DNA of 64,000 bases from Sporopachydermia quercuum. Taxonomy: Eukaryota. The notes beneath the pieces were generated by a model. The model saw nothing but the letters and a program-made list of their open reading frames with translations. It was not told the DNA's origin and ran no database searches. The translations under genes and the position numbers were made by a program. Shown in pieces: positions 48,707 to 61,972 of the stretch. Numbering within the stretch: the first letter of the stretch is position 1; the number at the start of each line of letters is the position of its first letter. The stretch lies in assembly GCA_001599295.1 (NCBI GenBank), contig BCGN01000009.1, positions 62,001 to 126,000 on the forward strand, read 5' to 3'.

Positions 48707-51091
48707 TCACGTTTCCGCACATAGAACGCCAGCGATACTATCTAGCAAAACATCTACATCGTCAATGGCTGCGCCACACGAGATCGAGATCAATCTTCTA
48801 TATTCACTCATTCTTTCCCCTATGCCACAATCACAGTAGCTATCAACAATCTCACTGACTAGCTGTCCTCTTTCCAATTGCAGTTCCGTTAATTCCACTG
48901 CTAAATTCAACACCATCTTAGCATCATCCTCCTCTTCTCCTGAAACAGCTACTTTCATATTCTCTGCCATTTCTCTTTTCTCAACCTCTCTTGCCAGTTC
49001 CAGAGCTTGTCTTCGTTCTACTATCTTGCCGAATTCTAATTTTTTCCCGCCCACGACAGCTTCCAGCTCTTCAATCTTTCTTCTAAGTTCACTCTCGACT
49101 AAATCAGCATCTATAAGGTCTTTTGACAAGCCATTCTCGTTGGTGGGTTTGATCATATTATCAAGCCCTAGTTCATAGGCTTTTTTCATCCAGGAAACTA
49201 AACTAATATAGGCAGCATGAGTAGTACCTATTTCTTCCACAAGATCCTTTAGGATATCCGCTGTGTGCATGTATTCCCGTTGTTTATCTTCCAATGCAGC
49301 TTGGGAATCAAGAATAAACTCATCTAGCACTGAGTTGAAGTCCGTTTTGAACTTATTCGACTTCGTTTCGTCTTGTATCATTGGCTGCACAAGCTCGTAT
49401 GCTTCAGTATTCATTAACAGCTGTCTAGCAGTAATATCTGCTTTGTTTGGTATATCGTATGAAGCATGAGCATCAATCAGCAGTTTGATTGAGTAGTTGG
49501 ACTTCACTCTGGCCGCTATATGTAATGCTGTGTCTCCTTCGTCATCTTGGATGTTGAGAAAGGAAGTCAACTCTTCAGGAGGCAAAATGGAGGAAAGCTT
49601 CTTGAGCACTGTTTCCAGATAGTACAGTTCTGCTACTTCTGGGGTTTGATTAGGATCAGGAGAGTGGGGATTTGCTTCAGAATCATTACCATTGGCTAGC
49701 TGAGCATTTTCTATCTTCGTACCTGATATATTCATTATATGGTGTAGAATAGTCTTACCAGAGTCATATGTCAATAACAGGCTTTGTTCCAGCAAATCGA
49801 CTGTCCGTTCAAAGCTATTTTTCTCAAAACTATTGGTGAAATATACTGTTTTCAACAACGGAGTAGCAGATTCAGTGCTAACGGCAAGCTGAGAGGCTCC
49901 GTGGCGGCAGAGGATCTCTACCAACTGCGCGTGGCCAACAGCACAAGCCCAGTGAAGGGCAGTATGGTTTTCCAGGTCTAGAATCTCATTGGCATCGAAA
50001 TCTTGCGGGGGGTTCATTAGAATCTTCGGTAGTTCATTCTGCAGTGAGGCGTCTAGTGATGAAAAGAAGTCTAATAATGCCTCTTGATACTGGGCGGCTT
50101 TTATTACTTCTAACGATGCAGGTTCCGGGTTATGGTTCTTAAACTTGAGTTTATTGTTGACAAAATTATTCTCCAGATGACCGTTTTTGTTGTTGGTAGT
50201 ATTGCTGGTGTTATTCATATTATTCATACTAGAATTGACTACTGACAAGTTCATTCGATTATTAGCATTGATGCTGTTGCCAACATCAGAATTCATTGGT
50301 GGATATACAGATGCCCCATTGCTGAAATAGGATGGATGTTCTAGTAGAGGTTTTANAGCATTTGAATCAGTCGGAACTTCAGACATATGTTGAATAGGCA
50401 TTCCGTGGGGAAGATGCTGTATTTGATGCATATGTTGAGGCTGGGTTAAATGTGCTCCGTGTGGATGTAAAGAAACGGGATATGAATGTTGTGGAAACGC
50501 AGCAGAGCCCGAACCTGGGTCCCCGCGGCCCCCTGAGTGAGCCGAGCCTGAAGCTAGAGGTCTCTCCAGTTTCATCTTCTTGGTGAAGGGATCCTGGTAT
50601 CCCTGCTGATTCATCATAGGAGGCTGGAGTGCNGGATTCACCATTACTATCTGCTGATTGTTAGACAGACTCTTTCTGCCACGTTTTGCAGGCAAATGGG
50701 CTTTCAGCTCAGCAGATGCTGAAGAAGCCCTAGATATCTTAGGCATAGGAGGTGGTTGTCCATTTTTCTCCAAATCAAACGTCAGCAAAGGACTAATCAT
50801 GTCAATGACATTGTATCTTGTAGCTACTTCCACCGCTAGCTCTAGTGGTACCCAAGTGCCTTGAAATCTACCAAATCCACCTTGCACTTTCTCATGGATC
50901 CCCCGTTGAATCTCTTTCTCTAAAATACGGGTTCTTTGAGTTTTTGGAAACTCGGCAATTTTCAAAATCTGTGTAGCATTTATCCACGAGTCTTTCACTC
51001 TTCGCATTAGCGATGAGGTTGAAGTTGTTAGCTCGTAGACGGGCACTCCTGAATACGTGGCCGAGTAGATTTTGCCAATTTCGGGCGCCAT
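48707..51091 (-). CDS. SWI4: G1/S transcription factor, APSES/KilA-N DNA-binding domain plus ankyrin repeats (Swi4/Mbp1 family)
   Basis: IYSATYSGVPVYE, WINATQILK, HEKVQGGFGRFQGTWVP; ankyrin repeats HTALHWA and GDTALHIAA. The GRFQGTW variant and the position next to KAP123 (YER110C/YER111C) favour SWI4 over MBP1. Confidence 0.8.
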   Translation of the reverse strand: MAPEIGKIYSATYSGVPVYELTTSTSSLMRRVKDSWINATQILKIAEFPKTQRTRILEKEIQRGIHEKVQGGFGRFQGTWVPLELAVEVATRYNVIDMISPLLTFDLEKNGQPPPMPKISRASSASAELKAHLPAKRGRKSLSNNQQIVMVNXALQPPMMNQQGYQDPFTKKMKLERPLASGSAHSGGRGDPGSGSAAFPQHSYPVSLHPHGAHLTQPQHMHQIQHLPHGMPIQHMSEVPTDSNAXKPLLEHPSYFSNGASVYPPMNSDVGNSINANNRMNLSVVNSSMNNMNNTSNTTNNKNGHLENNFVNNKLKFKNHNPEPASLEVIKAAQYQEALLDFFSSLDASLQNELPKILMNPPQDFDANEILDLENHTALHWACAVGHAQLVEILCRHGASQLAVSTESATPLLKTVYFTNSFEKNSFERTVDLLEQSLLLTYDSGKTILHHIMNISGTKIENAQLANGNDSEANPHSPDPNQTPEVAELYYLETVLKKLSSILPPEELTSFLNIQDDEGDTALHIAARVKSNYSIKLLIDAHASYDIPNKADITARQLLMNTEAYELVQPMIQDETKSNKFKTDFNSVLDEFILDSQAALEDKQREYMHTADILKDLVEEIGTTHAAYISLVSWMKKAYELGLDNMIKPTNENGLSKDLIDADLVESELRRKIEELEAVVGGKKLEFGKIVERRQALELAREVEKREMAENMKVAVSGEEEDDAKMVLNLAVELTELQLERGQLVSEIVDSYCDCGIGERMSEYRRLISISCGAAIDDVDVLLDSIAGVLCAET

Positions 51092-51566
51092 TTCCTGGCA
51101 GTTTGATGTTGAGCTTGAGATTTACTTCAAAGTTGATTTTGGCGCTCCCTCTTCTTTACTGTTGATATCCTAATGATTAACTGTTTATATTCCATATTCC
51201 GGGTGAATTCTATGGGAAGAGTGATGTCAAAAGACGATGTGAATAGAGAACTTTAGCCAATGCTGAGTACGACGTGCTTTTCCAACCTGTCAAGTGCACC
51301 ATTCAGCGATGATTCCTTTCGCTGTTTAGGCAATTTAAAAGAAAATCCGCAGCAACAATGCAATAGGTCAAGGGTGTATCAATCAACCTATATAAGGAAT
51401 TTATACGGAAGTTTCCTGCTGTTTCTTGGTACAATTCTAGTAATATAAAAATAACAACAATTTTCCCTCGTCCTTTCTGTGATAGTTATAACTACATTTC
51501 AATTCTAAGTTGCCCAGATCTGTGCTTGTACAAATCTTCTCGCTGTTTTAAGCAATTTTACACAAA

Positions 51567-51582
51567 TGTCCTAAATGGGTAA
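51567..51582. promoter_or_regulatory. Candidate Mcm1/ECB site TGTCCTAAATGGGTAA upstream of SWI4
   Basis: 15/16 match to the TTWCCYRAWNNGGTAA consensus, ~475 bp upstream of the SWI4 ATG in the SWI4-STR3 divergent spacer. Confidence 0.5.
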
Positions 51583-52050
51583 TAAATGAGTGAAGGAGAT
51601 GAGATATGAAGCTCAAAGGAACTGGGGTGATGCTAGAGACTGAAATATTGGGGGATACTGGAGACTAGATTAGAGTAAGAGGTGTTCTATATTAATGGGT
51701 AGACTTTGCAACGTTGCCTTTTTGTTATCTTATATTCGAAGTCAATAGAATGTTTTTTGAAAAAGTGTGTCAATATTCTTTTGTTCTCTTCCTCTCTTCT
51801 TTTCAAGTACCCGATAATCAGAAGGGAGTAAACTAAATGATGACGTGAATCTAAATGTTGGGTTGATAGGATAGTTGAAGAGTGAGATGAAAGATAGTAG
51901 GTTGAAATACTCCTGAATGAGTAGGATTAATGATTATAATACTGCAAATCACTGCATCTCCCTAACTTTATATTGTTCATATGTTTAATAAACAAATCCA
52001 ACAGTCCCTGCAATGACAATCTCAATCCGCAGAAGAGTGAATAATACACA

Positions 52051-52058
52051 TCACGTGA
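52051..52058. promoter_or_regulatory. Cbf1-type E-box TCACGTGA upstream of STR3
   Basis: Exact motif ~420 bp upstream of a sulfur amino-acid gene; Cbf1 acts in the Met4 regulon of yeasts. Confidence 0.5.
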
Positions 52059-52480
52059 TGATGTATGATTTCCAACTCAAGAGTGCTTTCCCACTTTCAT
52101 TTATCAGCTTCTCCGAGCACATTCGCTTTAAAAAGTGTCAAACATTTTCTTCCACTTATAATTCCTCAAAATATCTTTATCCCAGGAACTGGTATTATCT
52201 CATTGACATAACAAGACTTTTCTACGTTGTCTAGGCATGTTCTATCTTCCATCTCCTAAGAAGTAACTCACTGATTACTTAATCATTAATTATTAGTCAT
52301 TTTCTCCGAAATATTGCAAACGACGGAATTTCTGACTGAACTATCAACAATGTACCCATCGAAAGAAAAGAGATTTATAACGACTAAAGCTGGAAACTTA
52401 TCAACAAAAGCCCTTTTTGATAATGGTATTGCTTACTCCAGGTGACAGCATATTTACAGCATACAGAAATTTAAGGCAAA

Positions 52481-53656
52481 ATGGACAAATCTATCAAAGA
52501 AGAATATAGTCTTGAGACCAAGATAGTGTTTGCGCCTAACAATGATCAATACAATGCATCATCAGTGCCAATTTACCAATCAGCAACATTCAAGCAACCA
52601 TCACTGTCACAAATGGGTGACTATGATTATACAAGAAGTGGGAATCCAACCAGGACACAGTTGGAATCTCACTTGGCAAGTGTAATGTCTGCTAATAGGG
52701 TACTTGCTGTATCATCAGGTATGACTGCTTTCGACGTAATTACTCGTCTTTTACATCCTGGTGATGAGGTTATAGCCGGTGACGATCTTTACGGAGGTAC
52801 CCATCGACTTTTGCAGTATCTTGCAAGATCTGCTGGTATTATTGTCCATCATGTTGATACCACCCATGTTCCCTCTATTGACGCAAAGTTGTCACCAAAG
52901 ACTCGTATGGTTTTCTTAGAATCCCCCACAAATCCACTAATCAAAATCGTTGATGTTAAAACCATCTCGACTTTGGTCCATGAAAAAGTTCCTTCGGCGT
53001 TAGTTGTTTTTGATAACACTATGATGTCTCCTGTTTATATGACTCCTCTTGATTTAGGAGTAGATATCCAGTACGAGTCAGCTACCAAGTATCTTAATGG
53101 CCATCATGATGTTATGGCTGGTGTGATTGCTGTCAGAGAGAAAGAATTAGGAGATCGGTTATTTTTTGTTATAAATGCTACAGGATGCGGTTTGGCTCCG
53201 TACGATTGTTGGTTGCTCATGAGAGGTTTGAAAACTTTGGCTGTAAGAATCGGCAAACAGCAAGAAAATGCTAATAAGATTGCACAGTTCTTATCAACTA
53301 TTGAGGGAATCCGAGTTCGCTATCCGGGATTGAAATCACATCCTCAGTATGATCTGCATTGGAGTCAATGCACAGGTGCAGGTGCAGTTCTTTCGTTTGA
53401 AACTGGCGATGTCGATGTCAGTGCTAAGATTGTTGAAAGTACTAAGATATATGGTATCTCTGTTTCTTTTGGATGTGTCAATAGTTTGATTTCTATGCCA
53501 TGTAAGATGTCACATGCTTCTATTGATGAAAAGACTAGAAAAGAAAGAGAATTTCCCGAAGACTTGATCAGATTATGTATTGGTATCGAGAATGTGGATG
53601 ATTTGATCAGAGACTTGAAATCTGCGTTAACCATAGCTGGTGTTATTAAGGCTTGA
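52481..53656 (+). CDS. STR3: Cystathionine beta-lyase (Cys/Met PLP-dependent enzyme)
   Basis: DQYNASSVPIYQSATFKQ, YDYTRSGNPTR, LESPTNP, YESATKYLNGHHDVMAG (PLP lysine), ISVSFGCVNSLISMPC. Confidence 0.92.
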   Translation: MDKSIKEEYSLETKIVFAPNNDQYNASSVPIYQSATFKQPSLSQMGDYDYTRSGNPTRTQLESHLASVMSANRVLAVSSGMTAFDVITRLLHPGDEVIAGDDLYGGTHRLLQYLARSAGIIVHHVDTTHVPSIDAKLSPKTRMVFLESPTNPLIKIVDVKTISTLVHEKVPSALVVFDNTMMSPVYMTPLDLGVDIQYESATKYLNGHHDVMAGVIAVREKELGDRLFFVINATGCGLAPYDCWLLMRGLKTLAVRIGKQQENANKIAQFLSTIEGIRVRYPGLKSHPQYDLHWSQCTGAGAVLSFETGDVDVSAKIVESTKIYGISVSFGCVNSLISMPCKMSHASIDEKTRKEREFPEDLIRLCIGIENVDDLIRDLKSALTIAGVIKA

Positions 53657-54029
53657 ATACGTTACTATAATACTATGATACTTGTGAATTAGAAAAAGTT
53701 GCATAATTAAACCTCATAGATATTAATCAAAAGGTTCAAATCGTTATTTCCTGATTACTTAAGGATAGAATGTAAAAATGCAGTAAATCAGCTGATGTGT
53801 TCCCGTTTTTTGGGTTCATATCACCATATCCCGAGCGAGTTACTGTACATATATGATAATTTCACATCTATAATTGATAAATATATTTATACAAAAAAAA
53901 TCTGAAGTCATGAATTACTGCAAATATAGCATAGTACTAACTAAGCTTAAGAGGTATATATGAGATATTAGATGATTATTTTGTAGTCTATGCGATGCAG
54001 ACAATAGGATTAAAATATGATCAACAATC

Positions 54030-55370
54030 TTAGCCGCAGCAGAAGGCTCGTAATCGACTCCAGAATCCTCTTTTTGGTTCTTCGCCTTGTCCTGTAGTAT
54101 TATTCACCCGATTATTGGCATTAGTTGCGGGTGTAGGATTTCCCGATGGGCCTGATGCTGCAGGATACCTAGCAGAATATCCTTGGTGTGATTTGTTTTG
54201 AATAGTTGCATTAGTGTTGATTGTAGTGTCGGTATTATTATGATAGCTAGCCAAATTAGCGAGATACTTATTATTGATGGCAGCTGCTGATGGGTTTGCT
54301 GATGTACCACCTTGCAAATTAGAGTTCTTAACAACAGGATTTGAAATGGCACCAGGTGGTGAAGCAACAGGCTTAGCTTTCTTCTTTTGAGGGGGATTGG
54401 GGTGACCATATCCATGCAAATTAGGTTTCTTATTAATTGCATAATCCCAACCTTTCCCTCCGTTGAGATCAAGCCAGTCATAATGTTGATCATCCACTTC
54501 ATTTATTGAAGCCATAGCCTCATCCATTAATCCTCGTAGGTAATCGTAATCAGGAGTTTGAGAAAATGATAAGTTACGGACATAAGTCAAGTAAGTTGCG
54601 AATTGGCTTGGGAATGATTCACACAACTTATCAATGGGTGTTGTTCTCTTTTTCTCTCCAATTTTTTCATACTTCAACTTATTGGTTTGAGCTTTTAAAC
54701 CTTGCCATGGCAAAGAGCCTCTCAAGAAATACATAAAGACATGTCCTAAAGATTCTAAATCATCTCTTCTGGATTGCTCCCGTCCAAGGTGAGTATTGAT
54801 ACTCATATATCTTGCTGTACCGCTCAAAGATTTTCTTTCACGATATGGAATGTGATGTTTAGTCTTCGGATCTCTGTATTGTTTGGCCATACCAAAATCA
54901 ATCATAAAAATGAGATTAGCATATTTTGAGTCGGGCAATCCAATCAAGAAATTATCAGGTTTAATATCTCTGTAAATTAGATCTCTTTCGTGAATAGTTT
55001 GAACTCTGGTGATCATTTGTTTGGCACACATTATAACTGTCTTGACAGAAAATCTTCTACCGCACCAGTCAAATAAGTCTTCCAATGAGGGGCCAAGTAA
55101 GTCAATAACAAGTAAATTATGCAACCCTTCTTGGCCATAATAATAAACATTAGGAACTCCTTGACAGCCTGATAATGCTTTATAGGTTCGATATTCATCT
55201 CGTAGTTGTGGAGCTTCCGACTTCTTCGGTTCAAACTTGATAGCAACTTTCTCATTATTGAGTAGATTGGTTCCTTCAAAAATCACACCGAAAGATCCCT
55301 CTCCGATCTTTTTTCCCACAATATAATGTGTTCCCACGACTTGGGATGTATGAACTCCTCCTGAAGACAT
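54030..55370 (-). CDS. YCK3: Casein kinase I, palmitoylated Yck type
   Basis: [46 protein letters not shown]-terminal FCCG. The short N-terminus and proximity to DSE1/RSP5 (YER123W-125W) suggest YCK3; YCK1/2 is not excluded. Confidence 0.8.
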   Translation of the reverse strand: MSSGGVHTSQVVGTHYIVGKKIGEGSFGVIFEGTNLLNNEKVAIKFEPKKSEAPQLRDEYRTYKALSGCQGVPNVYYYGQEGLHNLLVIDLLGPSLEDLFDWCGRRFSVKTVIMCAKQMITRVQTIHERDLIYRDIKPDNFLIGLPDSKYANLIFMIDFGMAKQYRDPKTKHHIPYRERKSLSGTARYMSINTHLGREQSRRDDLESLGHVFMYFLRGSLPWQGLKAQTNKLKYEKIGEKKRTTPIDKLCESFPSQFATYLTYVRNLSFSQTPDYDYLRGLMDEAMASINEVDDQHYDWLDLNGGKGWDYAINKKPNLHGYGHPNPPQKKKAKPVASPPGAISNPVVKNSNLQGGTSANPSAAAINNKYLANLASYHNNTDTTINTNATIQNKSHQGYSARYPAASGPSGNPTPATNANNRVNNTTGQGEEPKRGFWSRLRAFCCG

Positions 55371-57677
55371 TATTACTTGTATTTATTTTCCTATGTTCTC
55401 TAGATTTCTCTTTTTTCTTAATCTATTTCTTTGTTGTTCCGTTGTTCTGTTGTTTAGATTTACCAAACGAATTATCTGTCAAAGCAAAACAAAATGGCAA
55501 GCCTAATCAAACAAACTATTCCTCAAGAAACGAACAACGTAATATTATACTAAATTATACTTTTTTCTATCTTCCTACTCTCATTCGCTGTTTATCATAT
55601 GATGATATGACCAGTTAATAGCAAAACTCTTTCACAACCGATATAAACCTCCAGGCTCTTTTCCCTGTTCTGTGTGTTGCACTAATAACAGTGACACTTT
55701 ATTATCTTGTAGTCATTAAGCAATCCTTATTTACTTGCTCAGCCATCTATTATTCAAAGGAAATAAATTCAACTTTCATTAAATTTTTTCTACATATTTC
55801 TCCTTCATATCTTTTCCATCTTTCTATCTTTCAACTCGGTTCATTAACCATTCCTTCTTCCCTTTCTCTCAGTGTTTCATTTTATTCTACTAATTCAACC
55901 CTCTATTAAACGGAAGAGGAGATCAGACTTGAGGGACAAAATTCCAAATGGGATTTCCCAACAACCGCTCAAGTTTGTTTGTGTGAGTAAACAGGGAAAA
56001 TATTTTCAGAATCGGTGATGATAAATTGTATTGGTATAAACTTTATTTTACTGAAGACTTTATAGTGGTAGTGTACGGATATAATAGTGCATAGTTTCCG
56101 GTTTAGTTTGTATCATGTGATGCAGAGAGCATTTTTTGTTTATACTCGGCTATCTTGTTCATTGATTGGTGGTTTGTTCTACAGTATTTTGAGATAGTTG
56201 AAGGGTTGGTTTGTGGAAAATGAATTTATTAATTGTTGATATTTGAATATAATGTATGGACTACAGGAATAATTTATCTTGAATGACAAAGTAAGGGAGA
56301 TTTCCAGTGAATTACTGGAGTGAGATCAGTGAGGAAATAGATATAGTGATTGATCTACAGGTAACTTACTATTTTTCTCGTTTCCGTATATAATTAGTCT
56401 CCTTAATCGCCGGACTTCCCAATCAAGATTATGTTATGGTCATAAACAAAGTCATATTATAATAATAGATGATTTGATTTGCATAATATTTTGAAGAAAG
56501 AATAAGCAAAGAAATAAACTTTTGGTCCAAAAATATCCCATGTTACAGCATGCGTTATCAGCTACAAAACTATGGCATAGAATGGATGGTGTGGGGGATT
56601 GGGGAAATTGATTGATTGATTATGTACTGTTGAAGTGAGAATTAAGGATCGGTGCTTATTGTTTTGCTCTTGATGTTAATGGAAATGATTCTCCTATCGA
56701 CTGGGGATTACATATATTACTTTTAATAAAATAATTTTTGGTTACCATGGTAGATTAAGTAGTCAAGCATCTCGATTCACCGAAATCACAAGAAACGTGA
56801 GAAGTTGATGTGGAATTTACTGGTAAGAGGCTTTCTGAAGAATGAACTTCATAATTAGTGTTTTTCTCAAAGCACTTAATGTCCTTAATAAGTGTTGGCC
56901 ATTGATTCCCTGCTGTTGAATAATTGTCACTACTGTTGCTTCAATTGCATTCGTTGATTATGAGTTCAGTTGTACTGTCGTACAGGGAGTGAGATTTCAC
57001 TTCAGGTGTGCCTTCAGAATTGTTCTTAAGTCATGTGCACTGACCGGGTATCGGGGGTGGGGGTTATGAAATAACTACAAGTACAGACTTTGTATTATGA
57101 GAAGATAGTATAGCCAATATCAAATAACTCAAAGTATTTTGACTAAGTCCATTAGAAATTCCTATAAGTTACGACCTTATCAAAAGAGTATGATCAAAAA
57201 GTAAAACCAGAGACTTGTATTTTGTTAGATTCCTGAATATTTCACAAATGTAGAGCTCATTTTATTATTTGCTGATTAAAAAGATATATCATTCTCCGGA
57301 GATGAGAAGAGTTCGATTGAATTATTACACTGGCCGTTTAATCATCATAGACTTATGAACACAGTCTTTTCTAAGATATATAGTTTATTAACGATCCTTG
57401 AAGTTTCCATGTGTTATATGGATGACTTCACTGTTCAAGATATTTGATATCATACCTTACAACTGTCTAAAAATGTGACTTTTGATAACTGGAAACTACT
57501 TATTATCTCCTAGGAATTACGGTTGGCATTCCTTAAATTCAACTATCTACCAAAATGTGGACTAAGTTTCTGAATGGAAAATCAATCCTTCTAAAAAAAT
57601 AATATCCATAAAATTGACACTATCATTAACAACATCATATTCAGTTACACACATCACCGTCAAAATTGATCACCATC

Positions 57678-58700
57678 TTACACATTTCTTGATAGCGCTT
57701 CATATGCAGGAGAAGTATTTTCGTAATTCTCTACAAAGAGCTTATCCTTATTCTGAACCATAAACTTCAAAAATTGTTCTAAATAGTCTCTTAATACATT
57801 AACGGATTGATTATCCATTGTTGTTTGAGCAATCAATCCTGGTAATGAAACAAATAATCGCAATAGGTGTTCTGCTCCGTATATTTCACTAACACTCATA
57901 TCACTGTGTTTCTTTTTGATATCCAGGTATTGTTGTCTTTCATATCTGTATAGAAGAATAGTTCCCAAACACCTATCAAAATACAATTTGATGCCACTTA
58001 AAACTTCTTCCAATAATTCGCTCTCCGTTGATCCAACAGATGCTTCTGGTACACTTTTCTTGAACATTTTTAGTATCTCAATCACATTTGGCTTTCTTGG
58101 TAAAGGAACTAGCTGATCGTCTTTCGTCACGTATTCCCAGTCATCAACTAATTGAGCTTTCAAAACATCAGGAATATTCAAACTAATCTCTGGTCTTTTC
58201 AAAAACTCACTCTCTTTTTCTAAATCGCCATCACGTCTTTTTTGTCGCGTATGAAAGTTATCTTCGTCTTTCACGTCGCCCAAATCGACTGACCCCGAAT
58301 GGCGAACATAGGTTGATCCACCGCGATGATGAGAAACTAATTCCTGGTTTCTTTCCTTCTCTCTTTCTTTACGAGCACTTTCATTTGCAGCTTCTTTCCT
58401 TGAGGCAGCTAAGGCGGCTTGCTTTAGTTCCTTTTGAGTGCGAATATTCTCCTCATTCCATATCAGTAATCTATCTTTGTTTACCCATTCGTCCCACGTA
58501 CCTTTCCAGCCCTTATAGTGAATAAAATAAGCAATATCATCTTTCAACTCATCTGGAACTTCNGTATCACTGTTATGATTATCTTTTGATATGATTTCTT
58601 TATTTGGCTCATAAATCCTTAGAATCTTGGCTTCGTAAAGCATCGGACCATGATAGGCCAAGCAACGCGATCCTAAGCTTAATGATATGTTGTTCGACAT
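57678..58700 (-). CDS. EAF3: Chromodomain/MRG protein of NuA4 and Rpd3S
   Basis: CLAYHGPMLYEAKIL, YFIHYKGWKGTWDEWV, LVDDWEYVTKD, LLYRYERQQY, IYGAEHLLRLFVSLP. Confidence 0.95.
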   Translation of the reverse strand: MSNNISLSLGSRCLAYHGPMLYEAKILRIYEPNKEIISKDNHNSDXEVPDELKDDIAYFIHYKGWKGTWDEWVNKDRLLIWNEENIRTQKELKQAALAASRKEAANESARKEREKERNQELVSHHRGGSTYVRHSGSVDLGDVKDEDNFHTRQKRRDGDLEKESEFLKRPEISLNIPDVLKAQLVDDWEYVTKDDQLVPLPRKPNVIEILKMFKKSVPEASVGSTESELLEEVLSGIKLYFDRCLGTILLYRYERQQYLDIKKKHSDMSVSEIYGAEHLLRLFVSLPGLIAQTTMDNQSVNVLRDYLEQFLKFMVQNKDKLFVENYENTSPAYEALSRNV

Positions 58701-59767
58701 AATTGTACGTTAATCTAATAGTCTGCAGATGCTCAATACTTTTCGTGTACGATCAAGAAAAATTCACGTTGATTTTTATACGATTTTTAGATCGCTCCTT
58801 ACATAAGAATATATCCTTATTGTCTTTCACTTTGTTGTTACTGTTCGAATAAGTTGAGAGATGTTGAACGGGTCACATATATCGGAAGCTATGTGTGATG
58901 TATAATTTCCGATATGTAATTAAGAAATAAATGCTTATGTGTGATACACAGTTGGAAGTTAATTAAGACCAAATAGCTGTGTGATTGAATAAACATCTGT
59001 AAACGATAATGATATTTACTGGAGAAAATACCCTCTTTCTTCACAAGTTAGAGANAAAAAGTTTTGCTTCAATTCTTCTTACAAACTTGAGTTGTATCTT
59101 GTTATACTTTCTCTTCCTCCTAGAGAACCCTGTTCTAATCTTGTTGTTTATCTTCTCATCATTGTTGTAATCATGAAAGCTTCTTTGACATTCCATTCAA
59201 AAATCAAATTCCTATATATTATTTCAAATATGTATCAAAAAGAANCTGCGCTTATTTAATATTCCTTAGAATGATATTCACTGACGTTTCCAGCTTTCCC
59301 GTGAGCAGAGCTTTCCTCCCTCTTGTGCCATGTCATCACCACCATATTCCAAGCAGACACGGTATTGTGGTATTACCAATTGCTACTGGAGATAGGCAAT
59401 AGTGCATATTGATAAGTTGATAGCTACAACTTCTAGATTATATTTTTCACGGTCTACTATCTACAATTTTGCTCTCTAGTGCTGACAGTAGATAGGATAC
59501 TAGTAGTAATTATAATATTACCAATAAAAGTAGTATATTTGTTCAAACCAGGAAGAAAAAAAAAAGATAAATAACCTGAGCTCCAGTTGTTACAGACAGT
59601 AACGAATAAGAATAACTATGAAGAACTAAAAAAAAAAAGAAGTAAGAAAGAAAAAAGAAGAAAAAATTCACTATGTACACAACAGATATGCTATACAATA
59701 GTTCTGCTGTTAAATCTGTGATTTGTCATTTTCCAATTTGAGTATCAAATTCATTGGAGTCAACAAA

Positions 59768-61972
59768 TCATGGAGATGTAATCCTTGCAACATTAAGCGC
59801 AGGTGTTGGCTCAAGACTCACGTCATAGTCAGAAGAAATCTTTTCTCTTAAAGGTTTCAGAATGAAGTTAAACGAATCGTCATTTTTGCTCTCCAGTATA
59901 CTATTCTTCTTTTTCTCCTTCAGAGTTGCAGTTCTTTGGAATTCAGCTAATGCCAACCTGACATTTACCATTTCCTCAGGTTCCGATTCGAAACCTATAT
60001 CAGAAGTGGTCTCTTCATTCGTATGAATGTCTGACTGAGAGTCAATTGTCGATTGCGAAAAACACCTGAGTCTTTCAGAGAATAGAGAATTTGTTGATGT
60101 CTTTTCACTCAGCCTTGAAGCTGGTGATGATGGAGGTAATGGTGCAGTGTTTTCCTTTAAAACGTGTTTAATTTCATTTGTTGCAATGGACTCCGTAGAC
60201 ATGCTATTGGTAAGACTTGATAAATTTATACCTAATCCTCTGCCAGAATCTAATTTGTCATAATATGCATTGTCTAGACTCTCAACTGATGGGAACTCGC
60301 TTTTAGAGCTATCATGATAAACCTTTTTGCAATAGTTCTCATCGCCAAGATTGCAGCTATCAAAACTGTAACTATACGCTGGGTTCTGGTAGAATCCAAT
60401 ATTCGATATACTTGGCTTATCGAATATTTCTGTAGATCTTGTTGATACAGTATTGTTTGAATCGACAGATAGTCTCTTGACAAAATTGAAATCTTCAAAG
60501 TCGTCAGGAATATTATGCTTTTCAACAGTTGCATTTTCTGAAGGTATTTCAAGCTCAACCACTGAAATATTGCTGTTTTCATCAATCTTCTTGTGAACAC
60601 CTAAGAAGGAAAGGCCATCTATAGATAGTAATTGTTTATCGTTATTTGAACCGGAATTAACAATAGCCATTGCGACAACATTACTTCTACTGGCAGGAAT
60701 GACCGATCCACAATATTTCACATCAGAGGGACTTCTTCCCGACTTGCAAGCACCTAATGACTCCAATCCTTCTTTCAGCTTTCCCTGTGCAGTATGACCA
60801 TGATTATTGGACCCCTTAAGATCTGTCTTATCTTCATAGATTTCCTCCAAGTCCCAATGAATGATATTGCCATCATAAGAGCTAGAATACAGTTCCTTGG
60901 AGCTCGCAGTCCCCCATTGAATAGCTGTGATGTCTTCATAATGACCCTTCAACTCAGCAAAGCAGCTCTTCATTCTCACATCCCATAATCTAACCGTATG
61001 GTCTTCATGAGAAGATGAGATGATATTGGCATCATATGGACACCAAGATACGTCGGTAGCTGGTCCTCCTTTCATACAGTTCTCTGGCATCAGATAAACT
61101 GGTGATTTCTCTCGAAGGTCCTGTATCGTCAAACCATATTCACCAGCAAAACTAATAAGACCATCAGACTTACTTAGAGAAAATTTTGATGTTCCTGGAA
61201 TACTTGTTTTCAAGACAGGTATATCAGATCTAGTGGGATCCCAAAGGAAAAATGTTTCGTTACAGAGAGAAATGAGAGATGATTGAGCGCATGAAGACCA
61301 TGATAATGGTGTTATATCTAATTCTCTTATTCTAATATCTCCAGTTGCTATACTTGATTCGTTGAGATGTCGTTTGTGATTAAATCTCTTGAAGATTTCA
61401 GCAGGATCTTCAGTTTGAGGATCAGGTAAAAGAATTATATGGCACATGCCATCATTATGACCGGTAGCAAGAACATTGTGCATGGAGTTTATGGAATTAT
61501 CAGGAATCCATGCCATTGAATGTACATTTGGTATAGTAATAGTTTGATGATGTGTAAGAAAAAGCTTTTCCGCATCAAGCTCATAAATGTATAAATTGGA
61601 GCTTGATTTTCCACTGGCAACAGCTATGAAAGGATTTTGCTGTAAGGAAGTGTTAGTATGAGCTCAGATTCGTAATTTAATTCGAAGTATTTGTATAGAG
61701 AGTAAATTACTTACCTTATGTGCTGCGACACATGTTAAGTATTGGCTGCTATCGGGTATCCTCCAATAGTTACTTGATATTTTTGTAAGTCTTCCAGGTT
61801 GACAAGTTTGATTGATAACTTTACAATCATCTAAGAATTTGTCTACGAACCATGATTGTTTCGTTCTAGTTGACGTCCTCATTTTGGAGCTGCCCTTCCT
61901 TGGTAATGATTGCTTAATCGTGGCATTTTGTCTGAATAACAAAGGAGGAGTGAAAAATTGACTGTTCTCCAT
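59768..61972 (-). CDS. DSE1: WD40 daughter-specific expression protein; exons 61972-61715 and 61639-59768
   Basis: N-terminal FFTPPLLFRQ, SNYWRIP, HHQTITIP and WD repeats. A 75-nt GTAAGT/TACTAAC/CAG intron joins the two track ORFs. Divergent from RSP5, as for YER124C/YER125W. Confidence 0.85.
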
